NCBI RefSeq assembly: GCF_001457615.1
Contig: NZ_LN831024.1
Location: 1,890,001 to 1,922,000, forward strand
DNA: 32,000 nucleotides
Origin: Pseudomonas aeruginosa
GTDB taxonomy: Bacteria; Pseudomonadota; Gammaproteobacteria; Pseudomonadales; Pseudomonadaceae
Direction: 5' to 3'
A program made the translations under genes and the position numbers. Positions within the stretch are counted from its first letter, which is position 1. Each line of letters starts with the position of its first letter. The notes beneath the pieces were generated by a model. That model was given only the letters and a program-made list of their open reading frames with translations, was not told the origin of the DNA and did no database searches. This document shows positions 1 to 7,646 of this stretch, piece after piece.

Positions 1-147
1 GGCGCTGGCCGGAGGGTTGTGCACCGGTAGCAGGTAGACCTGGAGGACCTGCGCCTCCGGCAGGATCGAGCAGGCGCCGAGGGTGGCGAGCGCGGCCAGG
101 CCGGCGGCCAGGGACAGGCGACGCAGCGGGCGAAGGGCGAGCCTCAT
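1..147 (-). CDS. Lipoprotein, first 49 codons only (gene runs off the left edge). By position it is the auxiliary lipoprotein of the adjacent MCE/Mla-like ABC system.
   Basis: The reverse strand from the ATG at 147-145 reads MRLALRPLRRLSLAAGLAALATLGACSILPEAQ. It has a charged n-region, a hydrophobic core and the lipobox L-G-A-C. The ATG overlaps the TGA of the upstream MCE gene (ATGA, 144-147). Family assignment (PqiC/DUF330-like) is inferred from context only. Confidence 0.6.
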   Translation of the reverse strand, partial: MRLALRPLRRLSLAAGLAALATLGACSILPEAQVLQVYLLPVHNPPASA

Positions 148-1082
148 GGGGTGAACTCCTTGGTTTTTTCCCGGCCCAGCAGGTAGTTCGCCGGGTTCTC
201 TTCCAGGCGCCGGCTGATTCCGCGCAGTGCCGCCAGGGTATCGCGCAGTTCGCTGACCGCCGGGCCCAGCTCGGCGAGTCCCTGGATGCCGCCGTCCAGC
301 GAGTGGCGATTCTCGCTGATCAACTGGTCGAGGGTGGCGCTGGTGCGCTCCAGCGAAGCCATGGTCTTGTTGGCGTTTTCCAGCATCCCCTTGCCTTGCT
401 CGTTGAGCAGGCCGTTGGCGCTGCGCATCAACTCGCTGGCCTGGGCCAGGGCGGCGTTGGCCTGCCTGCTCGCCTGGGCCAACTGCTGCATCACCGCGCT
501 GACGTTCTCGCGCTCGGCGGAGAGCGCGCCGGTGGCCTGGTCGAGATGGTCGAGGGTGCGGCTGATGCGCGCTGTGTTTTCCTCGGAGAGCAGGTTGCTG
601 AAGCGCGCGATGAGCTGGTTGATGTTGCCCATCAGGTCTTCGCCGTTGCTCAGTAACTGGGTCAGCGGCGAGGGCGTGGCGACGATCACCGGGATCTTCC
701 CGTCCTTGCCCTCCAGCATCGGGCTGGCGGGCGTGCCGCTGCTGAGCTGGATGATCGAGGTGCCGGTGATCCCGGTGAGCGCCAGCTTGGCGGTGGTGTC
801 CTGCTTGATCGGCGCGCTGGCCACCACGCGGATGCGTGCCCAGACCTTGCGCGGGTCCTTCGGATCGAGGCGGAGGAAGGCCACGTCGCCGACCTTGATC
901 CCGCTGTACTGCACCGAGCTGCCCTGGGAAAGGCCGCTGACCGCTTCGTTGAAGACGATGTCGTAGTAGTTGAACTTGCCCTCCGAGCCGGACTTGGCCA
1001 GCCACAGGCCGAAGAGCAGGGCGGCGCCGATCACGATCACGCTGAACAGGCCGATCAACACATGGTGGGCTCGGGTTTCCAT
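144..1082 (-). CDS. MlaD/MCE-family substrate-binding protein with a long C-terminal helical extension (312 aa).
   Basis: Full ORF. It has an N-terminal TM helix (HHVLIGLFSVIVIGAALLFGLWLA). An MCE-like core follows (YYDIVFNEAVSGLSQGSSVQYSGIKVGDVAFLRLD...TGITGTSIIQL). The last ~170 aa are Ala/Leu/Gln/Glu-rich helical sequence. It lies 1 nt after the ATPase stop. Confidence 0.85.
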   Translation of the reverse strand: METRAHHVLIGLFSVIVIGAALLFGLWLAKSGSEGKFNYYDIVFNEAVSGLSQGSSVQYSGIKVGDVAFLRLDPKDPRKVWARIRVVASAPIKQDTTAKLALTGITGTSIIQLSSGTPASPMLEGKDGKIPVIVATPSPLTQLLSNGEDLMGNINQLIARFSNLLSEENTARISRTLDHLDQATGALSAERENVSAVMQQLAQASRQANAALAQASELMRSANGLLNEQGKGMLENANKTMASLERTSATLDQLISENRHSLDGGIQGLAELGPAVSELRDTLAALRGISRRLEENPANYLLGREKTKEFTP

Positions 1083-1083
1083 C

Positions 1084-1878
1084 TCAGTGATTCTCCGGCA
1101 CGGCGGCGGCTTGGTGGGCGGCGCGCCCGCGCGGCCCGTGGAAGTATTCGCGGACCCAGGCGTCGTCGGTGGCGGCGACCCGTTCCAGGGTATCGACTAC
1201 CAGGACCTTCTTCTGCGACAGCACGGCGACCCGGTCGCAGATGGTGTACAGGGTGTCCAGGTCATGGGTGACCAGGAACACGGTCAGGCCGAGGGCGTCG
1301 CGCAGGGTACGGATCAGGTTGTCGAAGGCCGCCGCGCCGATCGGGTCGAGGCCGGCGGTGGGCTCGTCGAGGAACAGGATGTCCGGGTCCAGCGCCAGGG
1401 CGCGGGCCAGGGCGGCGCGCTTGATCATGCCGCCGGAAAGCGAGGCCGGATACTTGTCGCCGGCGTTGGCCGGTAGCCCGGCCAGGGCCAGCTTGACCTG
1501 GGCCAGGTGCTCGGCGTCGGCGCGCGGCAGGCCGGCGTTCTCGATCAGCGGCAGGGCGACGTTCTCCACCACGGTAAGCGAGGAAAACAGCGCGCCCTGC
1601 TGGAACAGCACGCCGAAGCGCCGTTCGACCAGGGAGCGGCGCTCCTCTGGCAGTTGCAGCAGGTCTTCGCCGAACACCCGCACGCTGCCGGAGGTCGGCC
1701 GGCGCAGGCCGACGATGCTGCGCAGCAGCACCGACTTGCCGGTGCCGGAGCCGCCGACCACGCCGAGGATCTCGCCGCGACGGACGTCGAGGTCGAGGTG
1801 CTCGTGGACCGCCTGGGCGCCGAAACGGTTGCACAGGTCGCGGACCTGGATGATCGCCTGCGGGTTGTCCTGGTTCAC
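1084..1878 (-). CDS. ABC transporter ATP-binding protein, MlaF-like (264 aa).
   Basis: Walker A GGSGTGKS, signature LSGGMIKRAALARAL, Walker B ILFLDEPTAGLD and H-loop VTHD are all present. I place the start at GTG 1878-1876, which overlaps the permease TGA (GTGA) and has GGAG 9 nt upstream. The rest of the 619-aa track ORF is an off-frame extension over the permease gene. Confidence 0.9.
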   Translation of the reverse strand: MNQDNPQAIIQVRDLCNRFGAQAVHEHLDLDVRRGEILGVVGGSGTGKSVLLRSIVGLRRPTSGSVRVFGEDLLQLPEERRSLVERRFGVLFQQGALFSSLTVVENVALPLIENAGLPRADAEHLAQVKLALAGLPANAGDKYPASLSGGMIKRAALARALALDPDILFLDEPTAGLDPIGAAAFDNLIRTLRDALGLTVFLVTHDLDTLYTICDRVAVLSQKKVLVVDTLERVAATDDAWVREYFHGPRGRAAHQAAAVPENH

Positions 1879-3020
1879 CAGCCCATCTCCATGAAGAACA
1901 GCGCGGCGAGGGCGTCGAGCAGGATCACCACGAAGATCGAGTGGACCACGCTGGTGGTGGTGTGCTCGCCCACCGACTGGGCGCTGCCGCTGACCTTGAA
2001 GCCTTCCAGGCAGCCGATCACGGCGATCAGGAAGGCGAACAGCGGGGCCTTGCTGATACCGACCAGGAAATGCTGTACGCCGATTCCGTCCTCCATGATC
2101 GACAGGAACATCGCCGGCGGGATGTCCAGGGTCCAGGCGCAGACGGTCATGCCGCCGACGATGCCGCAGAGCATGCCGACGAAGGTCAGCATCGGTAGCG
2201 ATACCAGCAGCGCCAGCACCCGCGGCAGCACCAGCAGCTCGATGGGGTTGAGGCCGAGGGCGCGGATCGCGTCGATCTCCTCGTTGGCCTTCATCGAGCC
2301 GATCTGCGCGGTGAAGGCGCTGGCGGTGCGGCCGGCCATGAGGATCGCGGTGAGCAGCACGGCGAACTCGCGGAGGAAGGAGAACACCACCAGGTTGACC
2401 GTGTAGATGGTCGCGCCGAAGTTGGCCAGCACCGTGGCGCCGAGGAAGGCGATCACCGCGCCGACCAGGAAGGTCAGCAGGGCGATGATCGGCACCGCGT
2501 CCAGGCCGCTCTTCTCGATGTTCGCCACCAGCGGCGTGACCCGCCAACTGGCCGGGCGGACCAGGCTGCGGAACAGGGTCTCCAGGGTCAGGCCGATGAA
2601 GCCGAGGAGTGCCTTGAGGTGCAGCCAGAAGGTCTCCATGGCACAACCGATGCGAGCCAGCAGTTCGATGGCGGTGGTTGGCGGCTTGGGTTTCTCCGGC
2701 TCGCAGAAGTCGTGCAGGGCGTGGCCGACGGTCTTCAGCAGGGCCTGGCGCTCGCGCGGCAGGCCGGGCTCCAGCTCGGCGAGGTCGGCCAGGCGCTCGG
2801 CGCCGAGCAATTCGGCGAGCAGGGCGGCGCCGGCGGTATCCAGGGCGCCCAGTTGGCTCAGGTCGAAGCTGGCGTTGGCCGCCACTTCGCTGCGCAGGCG
2901 CGTCACCTCGCGCTCCAGAGCCGTGTAGTGGGCGAGCGTCCAATCACCTATGGCTCTGACGCGGGCGGGCTGGGTGGAGCTATCCAGGCTCACGTGGCCG
3001 GGTTGCGGCTGTGTCGTCAT
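1875..3020 (-). CDS. MlaE-family ABC permease with an N-terminal STAS-like domain (381 aa).
   Basis: The C-terminal ~260 aa are multi-TM MlaE-like (LVANIEKSGLDAVPIIALLTFLVGAVIAF...REFAVLLTAILMAGRTASAFTAQIGSMKANEEIDA). The N-terminal ~110 aa resemble an anti-sigma-antagonist/MlaB domain (RVRAIGDWTLAHYTALEREV...FDLSQLGALDTAGAALLAELLG). Confidence 0.85.
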   Translation of the reverse strand: MTTQPQPGHVSLDSSTQPARVRAIGDWTLAHYTALEREVTRLRSEVAANASFDLSQLGALDTAGAALLAELLGAERLADLAELEPGLPRERQALLKTVGHALHDFCEPEKPKPPTTAIELLARIGCAMETFWLHLKALLGFIGLTLETLFRSLVRPASWRVTPLVANIEKSGLDAVPIIALLTFLVGAVIAFLGATVLANFGATIYTVNLVVFSFLREFAVLLTAILMAGRTASAFTAQIGSMKANEEIDAIRALGLNPIELLVLPRVLALLVSLPMLTFVGMLCGIVGGMTVCAWTLDIPPAMFLSIMEDGIGVQHFLVGISKAPLFAFLIAVIGCLEGFKVSGSAQSVGEHTTTSVVHSIFVVILLDALAALFFMEMGW

Positions 3021-3086
3021 GGTGCAGAAGCTTACACCGGCTTTTCAGTCCCTGAGTAGAGCCATTGCAGACAGGCCCGTGAGCGC

Positions 3087-4541
3087 TCAGTGGCGCCAGA
3101 ACGCCGGGGTCAGCAGGACCAGCACGGTGATGATCTCCAGGCGACCGAGCAGCATGCCGGCGGCCAGCAGCCACTTGGCGGCGTCCGGCAGGCTGGCGAA
3201 GTTGCCCGAGGGGCCGATGATGGGCCCCATCCCCGGGCCTACGCCGGCCACGGTACTGGCGGCACCGGTGAGCGCGGTCATCCAGTCCAGGCCGATCAGC
3301 GACAGGCCGAGGGCGAGCAGGCAGACGACGATCGCGAAGAAGAACGAGAAGGTCAGGATCGAGCGGACGATTTCCTCGTCCAGGCGATGGCCGTTGTAGT
3401 TCTGCTTGAGCACTGCGCGCGGATGGATCAACTGGTAGAGGTTGGCCTTGAGCAGGGTATAGGCGACCTGGAAGCGGAAGATCTTGATACCGCCGGCGGT
3501 AGAACCGGAGCAACCGCCGATGAAGCCGAGGTAGAAGAACAGCATGATCGAGAAGTGCCCCCACATGCTGTAGTCGCCGAGGGCGAAGCCGGTGGTGGTG
3601 ACCACCGAGGTGACGTTCACTGCGACGATGCGGAAAGCATCCATCCAGGGCAGCTTGGAGGTTACCGCGTACCAGGTGCCCATCAGCAGCCAGGTCACCA
3701 GCAGCAGGCCGAGCAGGCCGCGGACCTGCTGGTCCTTGATCAGCGCCTTGCGGTGTCCGCGCAGGGTGGCGACGTAGAGCGCGAACGGCAGGCTGCCGAG
3801 GATCATCACCACTACCGCGGTCCAGTGCACCGCTGGCTGCTTCCATTTGGCCAGGGATTGGTCGGAGGTGGAGAAACCGCCGGTGGAAATCGCCGACATG
3901 GCGTGGTTGACCGCGTCGAACGGGCTCATGCCCGCGCCCCAGAAGGCCAGGCTGCCGAGCAGGGTGATGCCGACATAGGTGGCGACGATGTACTTGGCGA
4001 CCATGTGCGAGCGTGGCAGGACTTTTTCCGAGCGGTCCGAGGATTCGGTCTGGAACAGGCGCATGCCGCCGATCCGCAGCATCGGCAGGATCGCCACGGC
4101 CATGGCGATGAAGCCGATGCCGCCCAGCCAGTGCAGCAGAGAGCGCCAGATGAGGATGCCCGGGGACATGTCGTCCAGCCCGCTGAGCACGGTGGAGCCG
4201 GTGGCGGTGATTCCCGACATGCTTTCGAAGAAGGCATCGGTGTAGCTGATGTGCTGCTGCAGGACGAACGGCAGGGCGGCGAAGATGCATACCAGCACCC
4301 AGCTCGATACGGTGAGCATGTACATGTCCCGCGGGCGCAGGTGGACATGCTCGGGACGCCCCGGCAGGACCAGGCCGAGGCCGGTGACGAAGGTGGCGAC
4401 GCTGGACCAGATGAATGCCTGGATGCCTTCGGTACGGTCGAAGGCGAGCATGGTCAGGATCGGGACCAGCATGCTGGCGGCCAGAGTGATCAGGAAGATG
4501 CCGATGATGAAACCGAGGATACGTAGGGTCGGCAAGGCCAT
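3087..4541 (-). CDS. trkH: Trk-system potassium uptake protein TrkH (484 aa from ATG 4541; an upstream ATG at 4577 is possible).
   Basis: Polytopic membrane protein with TrkH/KtrB-type repeated pore motifs (ITATGSTV, ISTGGFST, VVTTTGFA, CSGSTAGGIKIFR). The 484-aa length from MALPTLRILGF fits TrkH. Confidence 0.9.
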   Translation of the reverse strand: MALPTLRILGFIIGIFLITLAASMLVPILTMLAFDRTEGIQAFIWSSVATFVTGLGLVLPGRPEHVHLRPRDMYMLTVSSWVLVCIFAALPFVLQQHISYTDAFFESMSGITATGSTVLSGLDDMSPGILIWRSLLHWLGGIGFIAMAVAILPMLRIGGMRLFQTESSDRSEKVLPRSHMVAKYIVATYVGITLLGSLAFWGAGMSPFDAVNHAMSAISTGGFSTSDQSLAKWKQPAVHWTAVVVMILGSLPFALYVATLRGHRKALIKDQQVRGLLGLLLVTWLLMGTWYAVTSKLPWMDAFRIVAVNVTSVVTTTGFALGDYSMWGHFSIMLFFYLGFIGGCSGSTAGGIKIFRFQVAYTLLKANLYQLIHPRAVLKQNYNGHRLDEEIVRSILTFSFFFAIVVCLLALGLSLIGLDWMTALTGAASTVAGVGPGMGPIIGPSGNFASLPDAAKWLLAAGMLLGRLEIITVLVLLTPAFWRH

Positions 4542-4621
4542 GGATCGTGGGGCTCTGGGCTGTGGCGGACCGGCCATTCTACCAGCCGTCCGCGGAGAGT
4601 AAATCTGCCGCTGCCCCCCTC

Positions 4622-4649
4622 TTCACAGCTGCCGCGAAATCGCTAGAAT
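4622..4649 (+). promoter_or_regulatory. Candidate sigma70 promoter for the ykgJ-like gene.
   Basis: TTCACA (4622-4627), 16-nt spacer, TAGAAT (4644-4649), about 50 nt upstream of ATG 4699 in the trkH/ykgJ divergent region. This is a pattern match only. Confidence 0.3.
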
Positions 4650-4698
4650 CTCGCTTCGCCCGCCGGCGCTCGCCGGTTTCTCTGGTGTTCTGCCAACC

Positions 4699-5070
4699 AT
4701 GTCCACTGACAATCCGTGTCTTACCTGCGGCGCCTGCTGTGCGCATTTTCGTGTGTCTTTCTATTGGGGCGAGTGCCGTTCCGCAGGTGGCGTCGTACCC
4801 GACGAACTGACCGTCCGCATCAGCCCGCAGATGGTTGCCATGAGCGGTACCGAGAACAAGCCGGCACGCTGCGTCGGGCTGCTCGGCGAGGTCGGTTGCG
4901 GCGTTCGCTGCACCGTCTACGAGCAGCGCTCGAGTACCTGCCGCGAGTTCGAGGCGGCCTGGGCCAACGGCCAGCCCAACCCGGCCTGCGATGCCGCGCG
5001 CGCCGCCTACGGCCTGCCGCCGCTGACCCCGCCGCTGCAGCCGCACCTGGCGCCGGGACGGGTCGCCTGA
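4699..5070 (+). CDS. YkgJ-family (UPF0153) cysteine-cluster protein (123 aa).
   Basis: N-terminal [13 protein letters not shown] motif plus [27 protein letters not shown], which is typical of the COG0727 Zn/Fe-S cluster family. Confidence 0.8.
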   Translation: MSTDNPCLTCGACCAHFRVSFYWGECRSAGGVVPDELTVRISPQMVAMSGTENKPARCVGLLGEVGCGVRCTVYEQRSSTCREFEAAWANGQPNPACDAARAAYGLPPLTPPLQPHLAPGRVA

Positions 5071-5134
5071 GAGCGGGCGTGAGCCTGGCGATTGCGTCTA
5101 CAATGGCGATTTCGTTTCTGACAGGAGTTCGCCC

Positions 5135-5695
5135 ATGGAGGCTCTCGACGCCTTGCTCACTCGCGTTTCCCACGCCCGCCTGAGCGATCCCGCGCCCTCG
5201 CCGGAGCAGCTCGACCGGCTGTTCCGGGTCGCCTTGCGTGCCCCGGACCACGGGCAACTGCGGCCCTGGCGCTTCATCCTGGTAGAGGGCGAAGGCCGCC
5301 GGGCCCTGGGCGACCTCTACGCCCGCGCCCTGGCGAGCCGCCAGCCGGACGCCGCCGAGGAAGCGCTGGCCAAGGCCCGCAACATGCCGCTGCGCGCACC
5401 GCTGCTGGTCGTGGCGGTCGCTTGCCTGCAGGACCACCCGAAGGTGCCGCACGCTGAGCAACTGCTGGCTGCCGGCTGCGCCGCCCACGGCCTGGTGCTG
5501 GGCGCCTATGCCCAGGGACTGGGGGCGATGTGGCGGACCGGCGAGATGGCCACCGATCCGGTGGTGCACGCCGGCCTGGGGCTCGGCGAGCAGGAGCGGA
5601 TCATCGGCTTCGTCTACCTGGGTACGCCGATGGGCGAGTTGCGCACGCCGGCGGAACTCGACCCGACGGCCTTCGTCAGCGCCTGGCCGGGCTGA
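5135..5695 (+). CDS. NAD(P)H nitroreductase-family protein, YdjA-like (186 aa).
   Basis: Size and motifs of small nitroreductases (LLTRVSHARL, APDHGQLRPWRF, LAAGCAAHGLVLGAYAQGLGAMW). CAGGAG lies upstream of the ATG. Confidence 0.85.
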   Translation: MEALDALLTRVSHARLSDPAPSPEQLDRLFRVALRAPDHGQLRPWRFILVEGEGRRALGDLYARALASRQPDAAEEALAKARNMPLRAPLLVVAVACLQDHPKVPHAEQLLAAGCAAHGLVLGAYAQGLGAMWRTGEMATDPVVHAGLGLGEQERIIGFVYLGTPMGELRTPAELDPTAFVSAWPG

Positions 5696-6155
5696 GCGGC
5701 AACAGCAGGCGTACGCACCAATACGCGCCCTGGGCGTGCCAGAGCAGTCGTCCGCCCTGCCAGCCGGCCAGTCGTCGGGCGGCTTCCACGGCCGCCGGCA
5801 GCCAGCGCCGGCCTTCTTCCGCCTGGCCGAGGATGTCCAGGCGCAGCCGGCCGTGGCGTGCGTCCAGCGCCGGATTCAGTGTGATGCGCTGCCACGGGCG
5901 GGCCTGCGCGGCGCCGCCGAGCAGGCCGTAGAGCGCCTCGTGCAAGGCCGGGCGCCAGCTTTCCAGCGGCCAGGTGCCGCGTTCCGGCAGGTTCAGGTCG
6001 AGGCGCGCCCAGCGATGCCGCAGTTGCTGGGCGACCTGTCCCAGCTCGACCGCCAGGACCAGCGATTGCGGTTCGTCGCCGGGAGGTTCCGGCGGCGGCG
6101 CGATGGCCTGGGCGAGCGGGCGTTCATCGAGGAACAACGAAGCGGGAAGAGTCAT
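5676..6155 (-). CDS. Hypothetical protein whose C-terminal half looks like a degenerate histidine-kinase ATPase domain. 159 aa from ATG 6155; the track ORF starts at 6182.
   Basis: ORF directly downstream of the sensor kinase gene. ATG 6155 has AGGAG 8 nt upstream; ATG 6182 has no SD. See findings for the by-eye alignment to the kinase catalytic domain. Its 3' end overlaps the convergent nitroreductase gene by 20 nt. Confidence 0.55.
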   Translation of the reverse strand: MTLPASLFLDERPLAQAIAPPPEPPGDEPQSLVLAVELGQVAQQLRHRWARLDLNLPERGTWPLESWRPALHEALYGLLGGAAQARPWQRITLNPALDARHGRLRLDILGQAEEGRRWLPAAVEAARRLAGWQGGRLLWHAQGAYWCVRLLLPLSPARR

Positions 6156-6194
6156 GCCGGATGCTCCTGGGGAATTGTTCATCTGGGCGCGGCG

Positions 6195-7532
6195 TCATTC
6201 GGTCGCCTTGCGCCGTAGCGGCAGGCTGAGGGTGGCGATGAAGCCGCCGTCGGGATGGTTGCCCAGGCGCAGGTGCCCGCCGTGGCGCTCGATGGCGCGG
6301 CGGGCGATGGCCAGGCCCAGGCCGTGTCCCGGGCTGCTCTGGTTGGGTGCGCGGAAGAACGGCTCGCCCAACTGCTCCTGCAGTTCGGCGGCGATGCCTG
6401 GCCCATGGTCGCGGACGCTCAGGCGCAGGTAGTCGCCGGCGCTGCTGGCACGCACCTCCAGGGGTTGGCCGACGGGGTTGAAGCGCACGGCGTTGCGCAG
6501 CAGGTTGTCCACCGCGCGTTCGAACATGTCCGGCCAGCCGTCGATGCTCAGGTCAGGCGCCACCTCCAGGCGGATATCCTGTTCCGGAGCCAGCAGCAGG
6601 GCGTCTTCGCGCAGCCGCTGGAGCAGCGGTAGCAGGGCGATCCGTTGGCTCGCGCCGGGTTCGGCGTCGAGCCGGGCGAGGGCGAGGATCTCGCCGATCA
6701 GCGCTTCCAGGCGGTCGCATTCCTGTTCCAGGCGCGGCCACATCTGCGCCCGCGCTTCCGGTTCGGCGCGTTCGGCCAGGGCCAGGGCGATGCGCAGGCG
6801 CGCCAGCGGCGAGCGCAGTTCGTGGGATACGTCGCGGAGCAACTGACGCTGGCTGCCGATCAGGCTTTGCAGGCGTTCGCCCATGCGGTTGAAATCGCGC
6901 GCCAGGGTGCCCAGTTCATCGCCGCGCCGCGCCAGGCGGGCCAGGCTGTCCTTCTGGTAGGCGGTCTGGCCGAGGTCGTGCACGGCGCGCCGCAGACGGT
7001 TCAGCGGACGGGTGATGGACAGCGTCAGCAGCAGGCTGAACAGGGTCAGCACCACCAGTGCGATGCCCAGCGCGCTGAGCGGCCAGAGCAGGCTGCCGCG
7101 GTGCCAAGCCTCCAGCTCCGGGTGCGGGATGCGGTAGATGAACAGATAGGTATGGTTGCTCTGCGGGCTGACGTATTCCTGGCTCAGCTGGCGCCAGGGG
7201 AAGCGCGGCAGGTTGCGGTCGCTGGTGCGCGGCGGGCGGTGGTGGGGGCGCGGCAGGTAGGTGCCGTCGACCAGGCGCTGGCCGCTTTCATCGAGCACCT
7301 GGATGGAAATCCCGTAGTCGCGACGGCGTTGCTCCAGCAAGCCCTGGGCCGCGTAGCTGCCCTGTTCTTCGTAGAGGGCGGTCCACTGCTCGGCGAGATC
7401 CTTCAGGCCAGGATGGCGGGCGATGATCCAGGTGTCCTGGTTCAGCGCACGACCCAGCAGGATGGACAGCCCGGCGACCAGCAGCAGGGCCAGCCAGAAG
7501 GCGGCGAGGATTCGCCAGAAGAGTGAACGCAT
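6195..7532 (-). CDS. Envelope-stress type sensor histidine kinase, CpxA-like (445 aa from ATG 7532; the track ORF starts at 7553).
   Basis: Two TM segments flank a periplasmic domain. A HAMP domain follows, then the H-box SHELRSPLARLRIAL, N-box DNLLRNAVRF, G1 DHGPGI and G2 GHGLGLAI. ATG 7532 (MRSLFWRILAAFWLALLLV) has AGGAAA 5 nt upstream; ATG 7553 has no SD. Confidence 0.9.
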   Translation of the reverse strand: MRSLFWRILAAFWLALLLVAGLSILLGRALNQDTWIIARHPGLKDLAEQWTALYEEQGSYAAQGLLEQRRRDYGISIQVLDESGQRLVDGTYLPRPHHRPPRTSDRNLPRFPWRQLSQEYVSPQSNHTYLFIYRIPHPELEAWHRGSLLWPLSALGIALVVLTLFSLLLTLSITRPLNRLRRAVHDLGQTAYQKDSLARLARRGDELGTLARDFNRMGERLQSLIGSQRQLLRDVSHELRSPLARLRIALALAERAEPEARAQMWPRLEQECDRLEALIGEILALARLDAEPGASQRIALLPLLQRLREDALLLAPEQDIRLEVAPDLSIDGWPDMFERAVDNLLRNAVRFNPVGQPLEVRASSAGDYLRLSVRDHGPGIAAELQEQLGEPFFRAPNQSSPGHGLGLAIARRAIERHGGHLRLGNHPDGGFIATLSLPLRRKATE

Positions 7533-7610
7533 GGTTTTCCTGTTGAATCGCATGTCGGGCCGGCCGCGAGGGTAAACCCCTAGGATATGCGATTCCGGCT
7601 GGTCGGAAGA

Positions 7611-7635
7611 CCGCTACCGGAGGACCCGGTAGCGG
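7611..7635 (-). promoter_or_regulatory. Perfect 10-bp GC-rich hairpin between the CpxP-like gene and the kinase gene (possible attenuator or mRNA-stability element).
   Basis: CCGCTACCGG / 5-nt loop / CCGGTAGCGG, starting 12 nt after the CpxP-like stop codon. On the - strand it is followed by TCTTCC, with no real U tract. Confidence 0.35.
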
Positions 7636-7646
7636 TGGCTCGGACG

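Noticed and set aside
1879-2943. Upstream part of the 619-aa track ORF (1084-2943), and the other long ORFs overlapping the Mla-like operon (e.g. 1507-2406, 2407-2928).
   Set aside because: Their translations are Arg/Pro/Gly/Ala-rich with no domain features. They lie out of frame or antisense to a well-supported MlaE permease gene. This is a typical stop-codon-poor high-GC artefact.
2980-4526. 436-aa (-) and 478-aa (+) ORFs overlapping trkH.
   Set aside because: These are alternate-frame or antisense to a clear TrkH gene. Their composition (R/P/G/A/H/D runs) is not protein-like.
5676-5695. Very tight convergent gene ends: a 20-nt overlap at 5676-5695, a 6-nt gap at 15035-15040 and an 8-nt gap at 28633-28640. 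None has room for intergenic terminators.
   Set aside because: These are real, but they are common in compact high-GC genomes. I saw no specific structure or conserved element, so I do not treat them as a distinct signal.
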